A stretch of DNA of 64,000 nucleotides from Chiloscyllium plagiosum (lineage: Eukaryota): positions 5,079,535-5,143,534 of the forward strand of contig NC_057752.1 in assembly GCF_004010195.1 (NCBI RefSeq), given 5' to 3'. The notes under the pieces are model-generated. The model had not been told where the DNA came from. It did no database searches and was given only the letters and a program-made list of their open reading frames with translations. Positions 61,135 to 64,000 of this stretch are shown here, one piece after another (the first letter of the stretch is position 1; the number at the start of each line of letters is the position of its first letter). The translations under genes and the position numbers were made by a program.

Positions 61135-64000
61135 GAATCCTATCATATTGCATGGATCGGTTGGAGCAACAGTTAGAGGCAATGAGGAATTTACAAGAGC
61201 AAGGGGGTGTGATGGATGGCAGTTATAGGAAGGGGGAAAAGCTACAGATACAGTCACATAGATGAGTTAACTCCAGGAAAGGTAAGAGAGATAGGCAGGT
61301 AGTGCAGGAGTCTTTAGTGGCTATCCCCATTTCAAACAAGTATGCTGTTTTGGAAAGTGTAGGGGTGATGGATTCTCAGGGGAATGTAGCATGAACAGCC
61401 AAGTTTCTGGTATCAAAGCTCCAATGTAATGAGAGGTACGTCAGGTTCCAAGCGATCGATTGTGTTATGGGAGTCTTGAGTCAGATGTTTCTGTGGCCAG
61501 CAGCAAAAAACAGAATGGTGTGTTGCCTCCCTGGTGCCAGGATCAAAAATGTCTCAGAGAGGGTGCAGAAAGTTCTCAAAGGGGAGAGGGACCAGTAGCA
61601 GGTCATTGGACACATTGGAACCAATGACATAGTAAGGGAAAGGATGAGACTATGAAGGGAGAACATAGAAAGTTAGGCAGGAATTTAAAAAGGTGGTCCT
61701 CGAGGGTAGTAATATTGGATTGCTCTCGGTGCTTCGAGCTAGTCAGGGTAGGAATAGGAGGATACAACAGATGAATATGTGCCTGAGGAGCTGGTGCATG
61801 GGAGAAGGATTCACATTTTTGGATCATTGGAATGTCTTCTGGGGTAGAAATGACCTGTACAAGAAGGATGGATTGCACCTGAATTGAAAGGGGACTGATA
61901 TACTGGCAGGGAGATTTGCTTGAGTTGCTCGGGAGGATTTAAACCACTAAGGTGGGGGGGGGGAGGGTGTGGTGAGAGCCAGGGAGATAGTGAGGAAAGA
62001 GATCAATCGGAGACTGGTACAGTTGGGAAAGGGAGCAAGTGAAACAGTCAGGGCAGGAAGGAACAAAGCAGAGAACAAGGTAGGACTGATTTAATAAACT
62101 GCATTTATTTCAATGCAAGAGGCTCAACAGGGAAGGCAGATGAACTCAGGGCATGGCTAGGAACATGGGACTGGGATATCATAGCAATTACAGAAACACG
62201 GCTCAGGGATGGACAGGACTGGCAACTTCATGTTCCAGGATACAAATGCTACAGGAAGGATAGAAAGGGAGGCAAGAAAGGAGGGCGGATGGCGTTTTTG
62301 GTAAGAGATAGTGTTACAGCTGTACTGAGGGAGGATATTCCTTGGAATAAATCCAGGGAAGTTAGTTGGGTGGAACTGAGAAATAAGAAAGGGATGATCA
62401 CCTTATTGAAATTGTTTTATGGACCCCCTAATAGTCAGAGGGAAATTGACAAACAAATTTGTAAGGAGATTTCAGTTATCTGTAAGAATAATAGAGTGAT
62501 TATGGTAGGGGATTTTAACTGACCAAACGGAGACTGGGACTGCCATAGTGTTAAGGGTTTAGATGGAGAGGAATTTGTTAAGTGTGTACAAGAAAATTTT
62601 CTGATTCAGTATGTGGATGTACCTATTAGGGAAGGTGCAAAACTTGACCTACTCTTGGGAAATAAGGCAGGGCAGGTGACTGAGGTGTCAGTGGGGGAGC
62701 ACTTTGGGGACAGTGATCGTAATTCTATCACTTTGGGGACAGTGATCGTAATGATGGAAAAAGATAGACCAGATCTAAAAGTTGAAGTTCTAAATTGGTG
62801 GAAGGCTAATTTTGACGGTATTAGGCAAAAACTTTCAAAAGCTGATTGGGGGCATGTGTTCGCAGGTAAAGGGACGGCTGGAAAATGGGAAGCCTTCAGA
62901 AATGAGATAACGAGAATCCAGACACAGTGTGTACCTGTTAGGTTGAAAGGAAAGGCTGGTAGGTATAGGGAATGCTGGAAGACTAGAGATATTGAGAGTT
63001 TGGTTAAGGAAAAGAAGGAAGCATATGTAAGGTATAGACAGGATAGATCGAGTGAATCCTTAGAAGAGTATAAAGGCAGTAGGAATGTACTTAAGAGGGA
63101 AATCAGGAGGGCAAAAAAGGGACATGAGATAGCTTTGGCAAATAGAGTTAAGGAGAATCCAAAGGGTCTTTACAAATATATTAATGACAAAAGGGTAACT
63201 AGGGAGAGAATAGGGCCCCTCAAAGATCAGCAAGGTGGCCTTTGTGTGGAGCCACAGGAGGCGGGTGAAATATTAAACGAGTATTTTGCAACAGTGTTTA
63301 CTGTCGAGAAGGTCGTGGAAGATATAGAATGTAGGGAAATAGATGGTGACATTTTGAAAAATGTTCATATTACACAGGAGGTGGTGCTGGATGTCTTGTA
63401 ACGCATAAAAGTGGATAAATCCCCAGGACCTGATCAGGTGTACCCTAGCACTCTGTGGGAAGCTGGAGAAGTGATTGCTGGGCCCCTTGCTGAGATATTT
63501 GTATCATCGATAGTCACAGGTGAGGCGCTGGAAGACTGGAGGTTGACTAACATGGTACCACTGTTTTAGAAAGGAGGTAAGGACAAACCAGGCAACTATA
63601 GACCAGTGCGCCTGATGTCGGTGGTGGGCAAGTTGTTGGAGGGAATCCTGAGGGTCAGGTTTTACACGTATTTGGAAAGGCAAGGACTGATTAGGGATAG
63701 TTAGCATGGCTTTGTGCATGTGAAATCATGTCTCACAAACTTGATTGAGTTATTGAAGAAGTAACAAAGAGGATTGATGAGGGTAGAGCAGTGGATGTGA
63801 TCTAAATGGACTTCAGTAAGGTGTTCGACAAGGTTCCCCATGGGAGACTGGCTAGTAAGGTTAGATCTCATGGAATGCAGGGAGAACTAGCCATTTAGAT
63901 AGCCATTTAGATAGAGGGTGGTGGTCTAGTGTTGTTTTTCAGACTGAAGGCTTGTGACCAGTCGAGTGCCACAAGGATCGGTGCTGGGTCCATTACTTTT
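61135..64000 (+). mobile_element. CR1 LINE (ORF1 esterase, ORF2 endonuclease and RT), disrupted, continues beyond the window
   Basis: [59 protein letters not shown] motifs with stops and frameshifts. Confidence 0.95.

Larger units (their letters stand above)
6187..64000 (+). other. Presumed intron 1 of the hedgehog gene (>57.8 kb, runs off the window)
   Basis: Canonical GT donor at 6187. No RCKD.LN.LAISVMNQWPGV.LRVTEGWDEDG-type exon 2 appears in the ORF track or on reading, and both downstream gaps lie inside CR1 copies. Confidence 0.7.

Noticed and set aside
62613..63401. 262-aa ORF as a functional gene
   Set aside because: Fragment of CR1 ORF2 flanked by stops and frameshifts.

Overview
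Eukaryotic, repeat-rich vertebrate DNA. The repeats (HE1/V-type SINEs with (AATCT)n tails, Deu-domain SINEs, abundant CR1 LINEs, Penelope-type fragments) point to a cartilaginous fish, most likely a shark; this is an inference. The only host gene I can support is the first coding exon (5887-6186, +) of a hedgehog-family gene, most plausibly Indian hedgehog (ihh), inside a CpG-rich promoter region. Exon 2 is not found, so the remaining ~58 kb appears to be one very large first intron. It contains CR1, L2 and RTE LINE fragments, SINEs, two pogo/Tigger-type MITEs, nested insertions and a 42-bp minisatellite; a Tx1-like fragment and a second 42-bp minisatellite lie upstream of the exon. The most notable non-genic structures are Penelope-type minimal hammerhead ribozyme motifs (one with an intact core, others in back-to-back palindromes), a perfect 41-bp inverted repeat, an inverted SINE pair bounded by a 13-bp direct repeat, and a candidate gut-endoderm enhancer. 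There are three assembly gaps. Repeat boundaries were read by eye and are approximate unless stated as exact.
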